From a virus (taxonomy: Duplodnaviria > Heunggongvirae > Uroviricota > Caudoviricetes), in IMG/VR virus record IMGVR_UViG_2684622552_000006: 38,623 bases of DNA; one strand, written 5' to 3'. Under the pieces are notes generated by a model. It was given only the letters and a program-made list of their open reading frames with translations. It was not told where the DNA came from and made no database searches. The first letter of the stretch is position 1. Every line of letters begins with the position of its first letter. Below, in pieces: positions 28,673-37,586 of the stretch. Both the position numbers and the translations under genes were made by a program.

Positions 28673-28753
28673 CTTGTTTCAAGTATTCAATTAGTTCCCC
28701 CCTTTAATCAAAGTCATATCTGATATGAATTTCAAAAATTGCTACCTTACCCA

Positions 28754-29455
28754 TTATGATCTACCTCCTTTCAGTCCGAACTTAGCTTTGATTTCTGCGA
28801 TCTTCGCCAGAGCCTGTGCACGATTTAGAGGTCTACCCCCCATGACAGGAAGTTGTTTCACTGGTTCAGGGATTGCCTCACCACGGTTAATTCTCGCAGT
28901 CATATGGACAAGCTCATCTGCGGCCTTGCGCCGTAATTCCGCGTCAGTCAACGCATTGGCCCGCATGTTCTGGTACAGATTGGTAACCAGCCAGTAGTGC
29001 GCGTTTGATTTCCACGGATAAGACTCTGCATCTGGATACAGTCCACGCTTCCGGCAATACTCGTAAACCATATCAACCAGCTCGCTGGCGTTTGGCAGTC
29101 CGGCAATAACAGATGCTTCTTCACGACACCAGGCAACAAACTGCCCGGGTGATGGCAGGAATGGTCGATTCTGCCGACGGGCTACGCGCATTCCTGCGTT
29201 AACCTGTTCCATTGTGGTGATCCCGTTTTCCCGGAAAGCCAGAACCCACTGGCGGCGGATTTCGTTCAGTTCGTTCTGGTCACGATTAGCCAGGCTCGCC
29301 GGGAAAGTTGCCAGTAACTGGCTGAACACACCGTTGATGATCTGCGCTACCTGCTGTACCTGCGGCTTTTCGTCGTACTGTTCCGGCATGTTGTTGGCGA
29401 TCCGGCGCATCTGCTCACGGTCAAAGTTAACCATCTGTGCGGCGATGTTTTTCAT
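28754..29455 (-). CDS. P: Replication protein P (lambda P-like helicase loader)
   Basis: 233 aa, essentially the lambda P sequence as recalled (MKNIAAQMVNFDREQMRRIANNMPEQYDEKPQVQQVAQIINGVFSQLLATFPAS...). Confidence 0.9.
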   Translation of the reverse strand: MKNIAAQMVNFDREQMRRIANNMPEQYDEKPQVQQVAQIINGVFSQLLATFPASLANRDQNELNEIRRQWVLAFRENGITTMEQVNAGMRVARRQNRPFLPSPGQFVAWCREEASVIAGLPNASELVDMVYEYCRKRGLYPDAESYPWKSNAHYWLVTNLYQNMRANALTDAELRRKAADELVHMTARINRGEAIPEPVKQLPVMGGRPLNRAQALAKIAEIKAKFGLKGGRS

Positions 29456-30381
29456 AGCTCCACCCCGTAGATCCAGTCAGTGTTCGTCAGGTCGAGTTTT
29501 GGTTTGCCGGCTGTCACGCCAGCCTGTTGCTTGTTTCGGTTGATTTCGAGCTGGGTCCACTTGTCGCGGAGTTTGGCCGGACTCAGCACGTTACCGGACC
29601 AGAAGTTGTCCTGGCATGCCCAGCGGAACAGTACACACATGTCGCGGTGGTTACGTCCGTCACGTTCACGCATCAGGCGGATATCGTTAGCCCACCCTGC
29701 AAAATTCGGTTTTCTGGCTGATGGCGCGATGGTCTTCACCATGTCAAACATCCACTCTGCGGCGGTCAGGTCTTCTGCTGTCCCCCACTTGCTGCCGCTC
29801 TGAATTGCAGCATCCGGTTTCACCACAGAAAGATCGTTTTCTGGCTGGTCAGAGGATTCGCCAGAATTCTCGGACGAAAAAGGTTTTATATTGTCTTTTG
29901 TTAGTTTGTCTTTTGTGTTTACCTGATTCGGGTAAACGTCTTTACCTGATTTGGGTAAACTTTTCTTACCTGATTCAGGTAAATTTACCTCTTTCAGGTA
30001 AACTTTATTTTTCTTACCTGATTCGGGTAATGTTGACCATTCACTGACCACATTATTAATGCCGATATTCCGCCCGCTCTGAATAAGAATCCCACGCTTT
30101 ACCAGAACGCTTTTTGCAGCAGAACACTTGTGCGGCAATATCCCGGTCAATTCGGAAAGTTGCTCGTTGCTCACCCAATCCAGTTTTTTATTAAAGCCAT
30201 ATGTTTTGCGCATGACAGCCAGGAAGACCAGAAGCTGGTGCTGTGTTAATCCGGCCAGCATCACAGCTTCCAGCAACTCATTTGCAATGCGCGTATAACC
30301 ATCATCGAGATCTGCCACGCGCGGCTCCTTTTGTGCCACATCCGGCACTGGAAAATTGAATATCTCAGCAGTGTTTGCCAT
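29452..30381 (-). CDS. O: Replication initiator O (lambda O-like)
   Basis: N-terminal VADLDDGYTRIANELLEA...LAVMRKTYGFNKKLDWVSNEQLSELTGILPHKC resembles lambda O; iterons lie inside the gene; ATG 30381 with GGGAGG upstream (the track ORF is extended to 30471). Confidence 0.85.
   Translation of the reverse strand: MANTAEIFNFPVPDVAQKEPRVADLDDGYTRIANELLEAVMLAGLTQHQLLVFLAVMRKTYGFNKKLDWVSNEQLSELTGILPHKCSAAKSVLVKRGILIQSGRNIGINNVVSEWSTLPESGKKNKVYLKEVNLPESGKKSLPKSGKDVYPNQVNTKDKLTKDNIKPFSSENSGESSDQPENDLSVVKPDAAIQSGSKWGTAEDLTAAEWMFDMVKTIAPSARKPNFAGWANDIRLMRERDGRNHRDMCVLFRWACQDNFWSGNVLSPAKLRDKWTQLEINRNKQQAGVTAGKPKLDLTNTDWIYGVEL
29918..30030. repeat. Origin of replication: 4-5 iterons inside O, flanked by an AT-rich tract
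   Basis: Direct repeats of the approximately 18-bp palindromic unit TTACCTGATTCGGGTAAA at about 29918, 29941, 29966 and 30013, with a degenerate copy at about 29984; T-rich stretch at 29881..29917. Confidence 0.8.
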
Positions 30382-30467
30382 AATTCCTCCCGCAATGAGT
30401 GCGTTACGATTTGCACCTGAAAGTCGGTTCTGTTCCAGCAGACCGGCTTTCGCCATTTCTGAACCTG

Positions 30468-31013
30468 TCATATCGCCCCCAGCATGGTGGTGACCATCGC
30501 CATCAATGGACCAGCCAGATCCGGGTCCACACGAAACATCGACACAATGCCTTCACTCATCTCCTTCAGTTTCTGGTGGCGTGGCGCGTTGAGAATGACA
30601 GCCTGTTTTGCTTCACTGAGTTCCTTTTCCATTTCAGCCAGCCGAGCCATGAAGCTATCCTGCTCAACCAGGTAACCGCGATATTCCAGCGGTAGTACCG
30701 CCAGAATTGCCGGGGTCAGTTCACGCACGTTATTTCGGTATTTTTCAGAATCGAATTTGTTATCGAGGAAGCGGAACAGCTTCTGGCGTGCACGGCTGAC
30801 ATCATCAGGGAAATCGATGGTGCCGCCGCCCTGCTCCCGATACTCATTCACAATGAGTGCGGCAACAACATCCTGATTATCTGCAGCCGACCAGGCGCGA
30901 ACGGCATCACGGATTTTTTCGTGGCCTGGCACCTGTTTTGTTTGAGAACGATTTATCACCGCAGTCGGGCTAAATCCGCTAGTCTGTTGGTATGTAAGTG
31001 GTTGCATAGTCAT
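30468..31013 (-). CDS. Regulatory protein in the cII position (YdaT-like?)
   Basis: 181-aa ORF between cro-like gene and O; weak remembered resemblance to YdaT-family proteins (EYREQGGG segment). Assignment uncertain. Confidence 0.4.
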   Translation of the reverse strand: MTMQPLTYQQTSGFSPTAVINRSQTKQVPGHEKIRDAVRAWSAADNQDVVAALIVNEYREQGGGTIDFPDDVSRARQKLFRFLDNKFDSEKYRNNVRELTPAILAVLPLEYRGYLVEQDSFMARLAEMEKELSEAKQAVILNAPRHQKLKEMSEGIVSMFRVDPDLAGPLMAMVTTMLGAI

Positions 31014-31037
31014 TGCCTTATCAGTTAACGCCGCAGT

Positions 31038-31265
31038 TTAGGCGGCAGAATTACTCGCGTTAAACAATGGTGCGAGGTCGGGACGAATATCTGCTGGTTT
31101 AATCTTTCCACCAGTGGCTGAGACAATTTTCATTACATAGCGGGCATCAATTCCGCCACCGTGTAGCCAACGCCAAACAGTGGGTTGGGCTACACCGCAT
31201 AGATCTGCCAGTCGTTTTTGACTACCTGTAATACTGATTGCGAGTTGAATGGTTTGATTTGTCAT
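31038..31265 (-). CDS. cro: Cro-like HTH repressor (YdaS/Cro type)
   Basis: 75 aa with HTH (SQKRLADLCGVAQPTVWRWL); divergent from cI across an operator-rich intergenic region. ATG 31265 with AGGA upstream; the track start at 31271 is TTG. Confidence 0.7.
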   Translation of the reverse strand: MTNQTIQLAISITGSQKRLADLCGVAQPTVWRWLHGGGIDARYVMKIVSATGGKIKPADIRPDLAPLFNASNSAA

Positions 31266-31375
31266 TATCAATTCCTATTGGTATTGCAATGAATGGATAA
31301 TAGCAATGCGTATTAATCCAAGCAATAGCAAAACGTGTTTTGACCATCAATACGCAAGCGTATAAATTAAAACTT
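31266..31375. promoter_or_regulatory. cro-cI divergent promoter/operator region
   Basis: Contains several copies of an ATAGCAAT-like motif. Minus-strand promoter for cro: TTGCTT, 17-nt spacer, TATTAT. Plus-strand promoter for cI: TTGACC (31340..31345), 15-nt spacer, TATAAA (31361..31366), placing the start at or just before the cI ATG (leaderless-like). Confidence 0.6.
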
Positions 31376-32068
31376 ATGAAAAAAGAAACTCTTGCTGATC
31401 GCTTAAACCTAGCGATGGAACAATCTGGAATGTCTCAAGGCGCTCTTGCAAAGGCGTCTGGCGTAGCTCAACCCACAATCTGGAGACTGACAAGCGGCAA
31501 CGCGCGCGGCTCAACAAAAATTGTTGAAATAGCTAATGCATTGGGTGTTCGAACAGAGTGGCTCTCATCAGGCATAGGCCCGATGAGAAATGACGGTCAA
31601 CAATCAGGGAAGCCTGCTGTCAACCATTCCAAATACTTCAAGATTGACGTTCTTGATATAGAAGTCAGTGCCGGGCCGGGAGTCATCAACCGTGAGTTTG
31701 TAGAAGTTCTACGCTCGGTTGAGTACTCGTTTGACGATGCTCGTCACATGTTCGATGGTAGGAAGGCAGAAAATATCCGCATCATTAACGTACGCGGTGA
31801 CAGCATGTCAGGAACGATCGAACCAGGTGATCTTCTGTTCGTTGATATCACGGTTAAATCTTTCGACGGTGATGGCATCTATGCGTTTCTGTACGACGAC
31901 ACCGCCCATGTAAAGCGCCTGCAAATGATGAAGGATAAGCTGCTGGTTATCTCTGATAACAAGAGCTACTCACCGTGGGACCCGATCGAGAAAGACGAGA
32001 TGAACCGGGTGTTCATCTTCGGTAAGGTTATTGGGAGCATGCCCCAGACGTACAGGAAACATGGATAA
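31376..32068 (+). CDS. cI: CI-type prophage repressor (HTH plus S24 LexA-like peptidase)
   Basis: N-terminal HTH (MSQGALAKASGVAQPTIWRL) and C-terminal S24 autopeptidase features (VRGDSMSGTIEPGDLLFVD ... KRL); ATG 31376 has no Shine-Dalgarno sequence. Confidence 0.85.
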   Translation: MKKETLADRLNLAMEQSGMSQGALAKASGVAQPTIWRLTSGNARGSTKIVEIANALGVRTEWLSSGIGPMRNDGQQSGKPAVNHSKYFKIDVLDIEVSAGPGVINREFVEVLRSVEYSFDDARHMFDGRKAENIRIINVRGDSMSGTIEPGDLLFVDITVKSFDGDGIYAFLYDDTAHVKRLQMMKDKLLVISDNKSYSPWDPIEKDEMNRVFIFGKVIGSMPQTYRKHG

Positions 32069-32134
32069 TCAGTACTGTGCTGATGAGTCGTTTAGGGGAT
32101 AGTAAATTTAATTAGAATTAGACGAGAGCGATTT

Positions 32135-32998
32135 ATGGATTGTGACGCTTTACAGGATATAAAAATCTCTCTTAGGTATGACGGAAAAGATGCTTTAAAT
32201 CATGAAATAGATTTGAACTGCCTAGGAGAATCCCTAAAGGGTTTTTCTAAAGTTCTCTCAACAGCAGCTTCTTTCTCTGTTACACAAAAATATAGTAAAT
32301 ACATTAATTATCAGGAAGTTAAGGTTTACGCACGCGAAGCAAAAGCTAACTGCTTTACTCTTGAAGCAGTTCTTAACTTCGCCACTCAGAACCAGTTGTT
32401 CTCGGGGATCGCCGCAACTATACTTGGCGCAATACTACAATATATTTTTGCGAGAAATTCTAACAAGAAAGATGAAATGAAAGCTTTGCAGCAGTCACTT
32501 GAAAAGGCCATAGAGGCACTAGGAAACAAGGATGCTGGAACCATTGATAAGTTGATCTCTTTGATTGACCGAATGGCTGTAGAGCTTCGCCCCTCTGTAA
32601 GGCAGGCAGTATCACCTATTGGTAATACTTGCGATCAGATAAGTGTTGCAACAAATGTTGACGGCTGCCTTCTAAAAGTTAACGAGAGAGATAAAGCTGA
32701 AATTGATAGGCTTGATGATGATGAAGTTCTCGGTCTTCGTGAGTATCGTGCTTTTCTTACAGAATTTGATGCACAAAATATGACAGCTAAAATAATTTTA
32801 GATGGTGATGACTCAAAAAAGAGAATCACTGCTGAAATTAGCGATCCAGCTGCAGGAAAGAAGAATAACCCGTATATTAGAGCTCTTAGTGCATATATAT
32901 CAACCAAAGGTGATCCATCTGCAGTATTCACTATAACCGCAAAGGCTACTGTTAAAAAAGGCCAGATAAACAGGTTATTTATTGTAGATGCGAAATGA
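32135..32998 (+). CDS. Hypothetical protein in the rexA-equivalent slot, co-directional with cI
   Basis: 287-aa ORF starting 67 nt after the cI stop, visibly AT-rich, followed by a strong terminator; one central hydrophobic segment ([18 protein letters not shown]); no family recognised. Confidence 0.6.
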   Translation: MDCDALQDIKISLRYDGKDALNHEIDLNCLGESLKGFSKVLSTAASFSVTQKYSKYINYQEVKVYAREAKANCFTLEAVLNFATQNQLFSGIAATILGAILQYIFARNSNKKDEMKALQQSLEKAIEALGNKDAGTIDKLISLIDRMAVELRPSVRQAVSPIGNTCDQISVATNVDGCLLKVNERDKAEIDRLDDDEVLGLREYRAFLTEFDAQNMTAKIILDGDDSKKRITAEISDPAAGKKNNPYIRALSAYISTKGDPSAVFTITAKATVKKGQINRLFIVDAK

Positions 32999-33002
32999 TT
33001 TC

Positions 33003-33029
33003 CCCGGCCGTCGTGCCGGGTTTTCTTTT
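33003..33029 (+). terminator. Rho-independent terminator after the cI-linked gene
   Basis: Stem CCCGGC/GCCGGG with 6-nt loop followed by TTTTCTTTT. Confidence 0.7.
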
Positions 33030-33149
33030 GCCTCCCCTCATCACACAAACCGTTCAAAAAACCACCACGACCTCGCTTCAGTTATCGCTATGCGATGCAA
33101 GTCACAAAATTAATTCTTTTTGCTATCAAACATTTAATATCAAAACACA

Positions 33150-33198
33150 CCAACCAATAGCAATAAGTATTGATATAACCAATAGCAATAGCTATTAT
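33150..33198 (+). promoter_or_regulatory. pL-like promoter with operator repeats
   Basis: TTGATA (33170..33175), 17-nt spacer, TATTAT (33193..33198); two copies of CCAATAGCAATA overlap it, the same motif family as in the cro-cI region. Confidence 0.6.
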
Positions 33199-33396
33199 CA
33201 CCATATCGCAACAACACAACGATACGGCAACCACCTGATTCACCGTTGCGATGACCGCTTAGATCCGCAGCTTGAATTTCAGCAGGCTCCGGGGAGTGCG
33301 AGGGGTGAAGCGGACGCGTGAACGTCGGTGTGACCAGCTGAAATCAACTCAACTCAACACTTCATACCTCAGTCGCTTCAACGAGGCGGCTTAGTT

Positions 33397-33687
33397 ATGA
33401 CAACCGGCGGCCATCCACCGCCTGAATACGCGCAGAAGTCTCTATATGTTCAGCAGCCCAGCTTACGGGCAGGAGTTTTTATGGTTCATCAACATTACGG
33501 AACGCAGACCGTTAATCGCGGTGCGGTCATGCCAGGAATGCTGGTCAAACACAAAGATGGTACCTGGACTGCATCAGCTAATTTACGCGGACGGCTTTAT
33601 CTGCATCGCGGCATCGAGCGCACTTATACCCGTGATTTGCTCGTGGAAGTTTTTCTCGACGGACGCGGTAACGGCCTGAATCACTAA
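33397..33687 (+). CDS. Hypothetical protein, first gene of the leftward early operon
   Basis: 96-aa ORF with GAGG upstream; occupies the position where lambda has N but is not Arg-rich or N-like. Confidence 0.35.
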   Translation: MTTGGHPPPEYAQKSLYVQQPSLRAGVFMVHQHYGTQTVNRGAVMPGMLVKHKDGTWTASANLRGRLYLHRGIERTYTRDLLVEVFLDGRGNGLNH

Positions 33688-33762
33688 TCCCCTTTCCTGT
33701 TTTCCTAATCAGCCTGGCATTTCGCGGGCGATATTTTCACGGCCATTTTCAGGAGTTCAGCC

Positions 33763-34059
33763 ATGAACGCTTATTACATTCAGGATCGTCTTGAGGCTCA
33801 GAGCTGGGCGCGTCACTACCAGCAGATCGCCCATGAAGAGAAAGAGGCAGAACTGGCAGACGACATGGAAAAAGGCCTGCCCCAGCACCTGTTTGAATCA
33901 CTCTGTATCGATCATTTGCAACGCTGCGGGGCCAGCAAAAAAGCCATTACCCGTGCGTTTGATGACGATGTTGAGTTTCAGGAGCGCATGGCAGAACACA
34001 TCCGGTACATGGTTGAAACCATTGCTCACCACCAGGTTGATATTGATTCAGAGGTATAA
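33763..34059 (+). CDS. gam: Gam (RecBCD inhibitor, short form)
   Basis: [21 protein letters not shown]... is essentially lambda Gam as recalled; AGGAG upstream; the upstream in-frame region has no start codon before a stop. Confidence 0.9.
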   Translation: MNAYYIQDRLEAQSWARHYQQIAHEEKEAELADDMEKGLPQHLFESLCIDHLQRCGASKKAITRAFDDDVEFQERMAEHIRYMVETIAHHQVDIDSEV

Positions 34060-34064
34060 AACGG

Positions 34065-34850
34065 ATGAGTACAGCACTCGCAACGCTGGCAGGGAAGCTG
34101 GCTGAACGTGTCGGCATGGATTCTGTCGACCCACAGGAACTGATCACCACTCTTCGCCAGACGGCATTTAAAGGTGATGCCAGCGATGCGCAGTTCATCG
34201 CATTACTGATCGTTGCCAACCAGTACGGCCTTAATCCATGGACGAAAGAAATTTACGCCTTTCCTGATAAGCAGAATGGCATCGTTCCGGTGGTGGGCGT
34301 TGATGGCTGGTCCCGCATCATCAATGAAAACCAGCAGTTTGATGGCATGGACTTTGAGCAGGACAATGAATCCTGTACATGCCGGATTTACCGCAAGGAC
34401 CGTAATCATCCGATCTGCGTTACCGAATGGATGGATGAATGCCGCCGCGAACCATTCAAAACCCGCGAAGGCAGAGAAATCACGGGGCCGTGGCAGTCGC
34501 ATCCCAAACGGATGTTACGGCATAAAGCCATGATTCAGTGTGCCCGTCTGGCCTTCGGATTTGCTGGTATCTATGACAAGGATGAAGCCGAGCGCATTGT
34601 CGAAAATACTGCATACACTGCAGAACGTCAGCCAGAACGCGACATCACTCCGGTTAACGATGAAACCATGCAGGAGATTAACACTCTGCTGATCGCCCTG
34701 GATAAAACATGGGATGACGACTTATTGCCGCTCTGTTCCCAGATATTTCGCCGCGACATTCGCGCATCGTCAGAACTGACACAGGCCGAAGCAGTGAAAG
34801 CTCTTGGATTCCTGAAACAGAAAGCCACTGAGCAGAAGGTGGCATCATGA
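34065..34850 (+). CDS. bet: Red-beta single-strand annealing protein
   Basis: 261 aa, essentially identical to lambda Bet as recalled ([66 protein letters not shown]...). Confidence 0.95.
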   Translation: MSTALATLAGKLAERVGMDSVDPQELITTLRQTAFKGDASDAQFIALLIVANQYGLNPWTKEIYAFPDKQNGIVPVVGVDGWSRIINENQQFDGMDFEQDNESCTCRIYRKDRNHPICVTEWMDECRREPFKTREGREITGPWQSHPKRMLRHKAMIQCARLAFGFAGIYDKDEAERIVENTAYTAERQPERDITPVNDETMQEINTLLIALDKTWDDDLLPLCSQIFRRDIRASSELTQAEAVKALGFLKQKATEQKVAS

Positions 34851-35527
34851 CACCGGACATTATCCTGCAGCGTACCGGGATCGACGTGAGAGCTGTCGAA
34901 CAGGGGGATGATGCATGGCACAAATTACGGCTCGGCGTCATCACCGCTTCAGAAGTTCACAACGTGATAGCTAAGCCCCGCTCAGGAAAGAAGTGGCCTG
35001 ACATGAAAATCTCCTACTTCCACACCCTGCTGGCTGAGGTTTGCACCGGTGTGGCTCCGGAAGTTAATGCTAAGGCGCTGGCCTGGGGAAAACAGTACGA
35101 GAACGACGCCAGAACCCTGTTTGAGTTCACTTCCGGCGTAAATGTTATTGAATCCCCGATCATCTATCGCGACGAAAGTATGCGCACCGCCTGCTCTCCC
35201 GATGGTTTATGCAGTGACGGCAATGGCCTTGAGCTGAAATGCCCGTTTACCTCCCGGGATTTCATGAAGTTCCGGCTCGGTGGTTTCGAGGCCATAAAGT
35301 CGGCTTACATGGCCCAGGTGCAGTACAGCATGTGGGTGACGCGAAAAGATGCCTGGTACTTTGCCAACTATGACCCGCGTATGAAGCGTGAAGGCCTGCA
35401 TTATGTCGTGGTTGAGCGGGATGAAAAGTACATGGCGAGTTTTGACGAGATGGTGCCGGAGTTCATCGAAAAAATGGACGAGGCACTGGCTGAAATTGGT
35501 TTTGTATTTGGGGAGCAATGGCGATGA
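34847..35527 (+). CDS. exo: Lambda exonuclease (Red-alpha)
   Basis: 226 aa, essentially identical to lambda Exo as recalled ([65 protein letters not shown]...). Confidence 0.95.
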   Translation: MTPDIILQRTGIDVRAVEQGDDAWHKLRLGVITASEVHNVIAKPRSGKKWPDMKISYFHTLLAEVCTGVAPEVNAKALAWGKQYENDARTLFEFTSGVNVIESPIIYRDESMRTACSPDGLCSDGNGLELKCPFTSRDFMKFRLGGFEAIKSAYMAQVQYSMWVTRKDAWYFANYDPRMKREGLHYVVVERDEKYMASFDEMVPEFIEKMDEALAEIGFVFGEQWR

Positions 35528-35685
35528 AGCATACTCACGATAATATCCGGGTAGGCACGATCACTTTCGTCTACTCCGTTACAAAGCGAGGCTGGGTATT
35601 TCCCGGCCTTTCTGTTATCCGAAATCCCCTGAAAGCACAGCGGCTGGCTGAGAAGATAAATAATAAACGGGGGCTGTATGACTGA
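35524..35685 (+). CDS. Small hypothetical protein, translationally coupled
   Basis: 53-aa ORF translated by hand ([24 protein letters not shown]...); ATG overlaps the exo stop and its stop overlaps the methyltransferase start. Confidence 0.3.
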   Translation: MKHTHDNIRVGTITFVYSVTKRGWVFPGLSVIRNPLKAQRLAEKINNKRGLYD

Positions 35686-36235
35686 TTTCACCGGAAGCAA
35701 TACTCCTGCCGAACATCGCGACAGCTGGCGCACACCACCAGAGATTTTTGCTGCGCTTAATGCAGAGTTCGTTTTTCAACTTGATGCTGCCGCCAGCGAA
35801 AAAAACCGACTATGTCGGCTTTTTATCTCACAGGAGCAGAACACATTAACCACTTCATGGCCTGAAGCAATGGGATATGCCTCTGGTTATGTCTGGTTGA
35901 ATCCACCATACAGCAATATTTCCCCTTTTGTGAAAAAGGCAGCCACTGAAAACAAATTCAGTAGTGTGGGATGTGTAATGTTATTGCCTGCTGACACATC
36001 TGTCGGATGGTTTCATGAAGCGATACAAACCGCCAGTGAGGTCAGATTCATCACGGCAGGACGACTGGCATTTATTAACCCACTCACCGAGAAACCCGTC
36101 AGTGGAAATAATAAAGGCTCGATGCTCATTATCTGGCACCCATACCCCCGTACACACTGCCACTTTACGACCGTTGATCGTGGAGAGTTGATGGCGTTCG
36201 GCTCAAGGATTCTTGCCCGTCGGGAGGCTGCATGA
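35678..36235 (+). CDS. Phage N6-adenine DNA methyltransferase (Dam-type)
   Basis: 185 aa with the NPPY catalytic motif (VWLNPPYSNI) and overall resemblance to small phage-encoded N6A methylases. Confidence 0.8.
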   Translation: MTDFTGSNTPAEHRDSWRTPPEIFAALNAEFVFQLDAAASEKNRLCRLFISQEQNTLTTSWPEAMGYASGYVWLNPPYSNISPFVKKAATENKFSSVGCVMLLPADTSVGWFHEAIQTASEVRFITAGRLAFINPLTEKPVSGNNKGSMLIIWHPYPRTHCHFTTVDRGELMAFGSRILARREAA

Positions 36236-36311
36236 CAACCACAGAATGCATTTTTCTGGCAGCGGGCTTCATATTCTGTGTGCTTATGCTTGCCGACATG
36301 GGACTTGTTCA

Positions 36312-36527
36312 ATGACACCTCAGCAAGAAAACGCCCTTCGCAGTATTGCCCGTCAGGCTAATTCTGAAATCAAAAAAGCCAGACAGCAGTTTCCGGATAA
36401 AAACGTCGATGACATTTGCCGTAGCGTACTGAAGAAGCACCGCGAAACGGTAACGCTGATGGGATTCACACCGACTCACTTAAGTCTGGCAATCGGTATG
36501 TTAAACGGCGTCTTTAAGGAACGGTGA
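36312..36527 (+). CDS. Hypothetical protein
   Basis: 72-aa ORF (MTPQQENALRSIARQ...) whose ATG overlaps the stop of a 27-codon hydrophobic mini-ORF (36232..36315); the track ORF from 36213 looks like an over-extension. Confidence 0.35.
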   Translation: MTPQQENALRSIARQANSEIKKARQQFPDKNVDDICRSVLKKHRETVTLMGFTPTHLSLAIGMLNGVFKER

Positions 36528-36625
36528 ACATGAAAAGCAAAATCATCAGGGAGCTACAGGCTCCTTTTTTATTATTCGCATTCACCCTCAAGCGTATTAA
36601 CCAACAATTCAGGGATTAATGAAAG

Positions 36626-36844
36626 ATGGCGGACATCATTGATTCAGCATCAGAAATTGAAGAATTACAGCGCAACACAGCAATAAAAATGCGCCGCCTG
36701 AACCACCAGGCTATATCTGCCACTCATTGTTGTGAGTGTGGCGATCCGATAGATGAACGAAGACGCCTGGCCGTTCAGGGTTGTCGGACTTGTGCAAGTT
36801 GCCAGGAGGAGATCGAACTTAAGAACAAACAATGGGGACTGTGA
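36626..36844 (+). CDS. TraR/DksA-family C4 zinc-finger protein
   Basis: 72 aa with CCECGDPIDERRRLAVQGCRTCASCQ (Cys-x2-Cys ... Cys-x2-Cys). Confidence 0.7.
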   Translation: MADIIDSASEIEELQRNTAIKMRRLNHQAISATHCCECGDPIDERRRLAVQGCRTCASCQEEIELKNKQWGL

Positions 36845-36891
36845 TGGCCTCAAAGCAGCAAATTTCAACATCGTCCAATTGAGGTGTAAAA

Positions 36892-37170
36892 ATGTTCAGA
36901 ATCATTTTTCCTAACACCTGGTACGTCGATCACCACGGCACTCCCTGCAAAATCCTGCGTTCTACCCACAACAAAGTTCACTACATCCGAAAAGGCAGAA
37001 CATGTATCGCCAGCATGTTCCGATTTAATCATGACTTTGAACCTGTGAATAAAGCTGATGCAGATAGGATAGCAGAAGAGATCGAAACGGCAGAACACAT
37101 TAAGAAGTTACGTGACATGCGTTCAAAAAGCAGAGGTAACCATGGAATCATACAGCCTCACACTCGATGA
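36892..37170 (+). CDS. Hypothetical protein
   Basis: 92-aa ORF with GAGGTG upstream; no family recognised. Confidence 0.4.
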   Translation: MFRIIFPNTWYVDHHGTPCKILRSTHNKVHYIRKGRTCIASMFRFNHDFEPVNKADADRIAEEIETAEHIKKLRDMRSKSRGNHGIIQPHTR

Positions 37171-37238
37171 GGCCTGCCAGCTTCTCAAGATATCCAGACC
37201 TACAGCAATCATGTCAATCCAATAAATGGAGACTCCAA

Positions 37239-37586
37239 GTGGAAGAAGAAATCTTCACTCGTGAAGAGGCTGCGTCGTATCTGAAGGTAGACAAAGGCAC
37301 TATCACGCAGTGGATACGAAGTGGACGACTTCAAGCCGCAAAGATAAATCCAGATAAACCTAAAAGCCCATATCGCATTTGCAAGTCAGACTGCATTGCG
37401 GCGCTTAAGTCTGTGAGACACAATGGCGCGGTGAATGCGGTTGATGTGCAGGAGGTTAAAGCATGTCAATCAAACTGCGCGGTGGCACATGGCACTGCGA
37501 TTTCGTCGCGCCAGATGGATCAAGAGTTAGACGCTCTCTTGAAACATCGGACAAGAGGCAAGCGCAAGAACTTCACGATCGTCTGA
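37239..37586 (+). CDS. xis: Excisionase / AlpA-like HTH protein
   Basis: HTH-like FTREEAASYLKVDKGTITQWIRSGRL immediately upstream of int. Start uncertain: GTG 37239 with GGAG upstream, or the track ATG 37167. Overlaps the int 5' end. Confidence 0.5.
   Translation: MEEEIFTREEAASYLKVDKGTITQWIRSGRLQAAKINPDKPKSPYRICKSDCIAALKSVRHNGAVNAVDVQEVKACQSNCAVAHGTAISSRQMDQELDALLKHRTRGKRKNFTIV

Noticed and set aside
29918-30030. Direct repeats considered as a possible CRISPR-like array
   Set aside because: Repeats are contiguous with no unique spacers, lie inside the O coding sequence with an adjacent AT-rich tract, and match the lambda ori iteron pattern.
31340-31375. N-terminal extension of cI to the track start at 31340
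   Set aside because: The codon at 31340 is TTG and overlaps the TTGACC -35 hexamer; ATG 31376 immediately downstream of the -10 box fits a leaderless cI as in lambda.
32995-33321. 108-aa plus-strand ORF after the 287-aa gene
   Set aside because: It begins inside the rho-independent terminator and runs through the operator/promoter repeats of the pL-like region; low-complexity translation.
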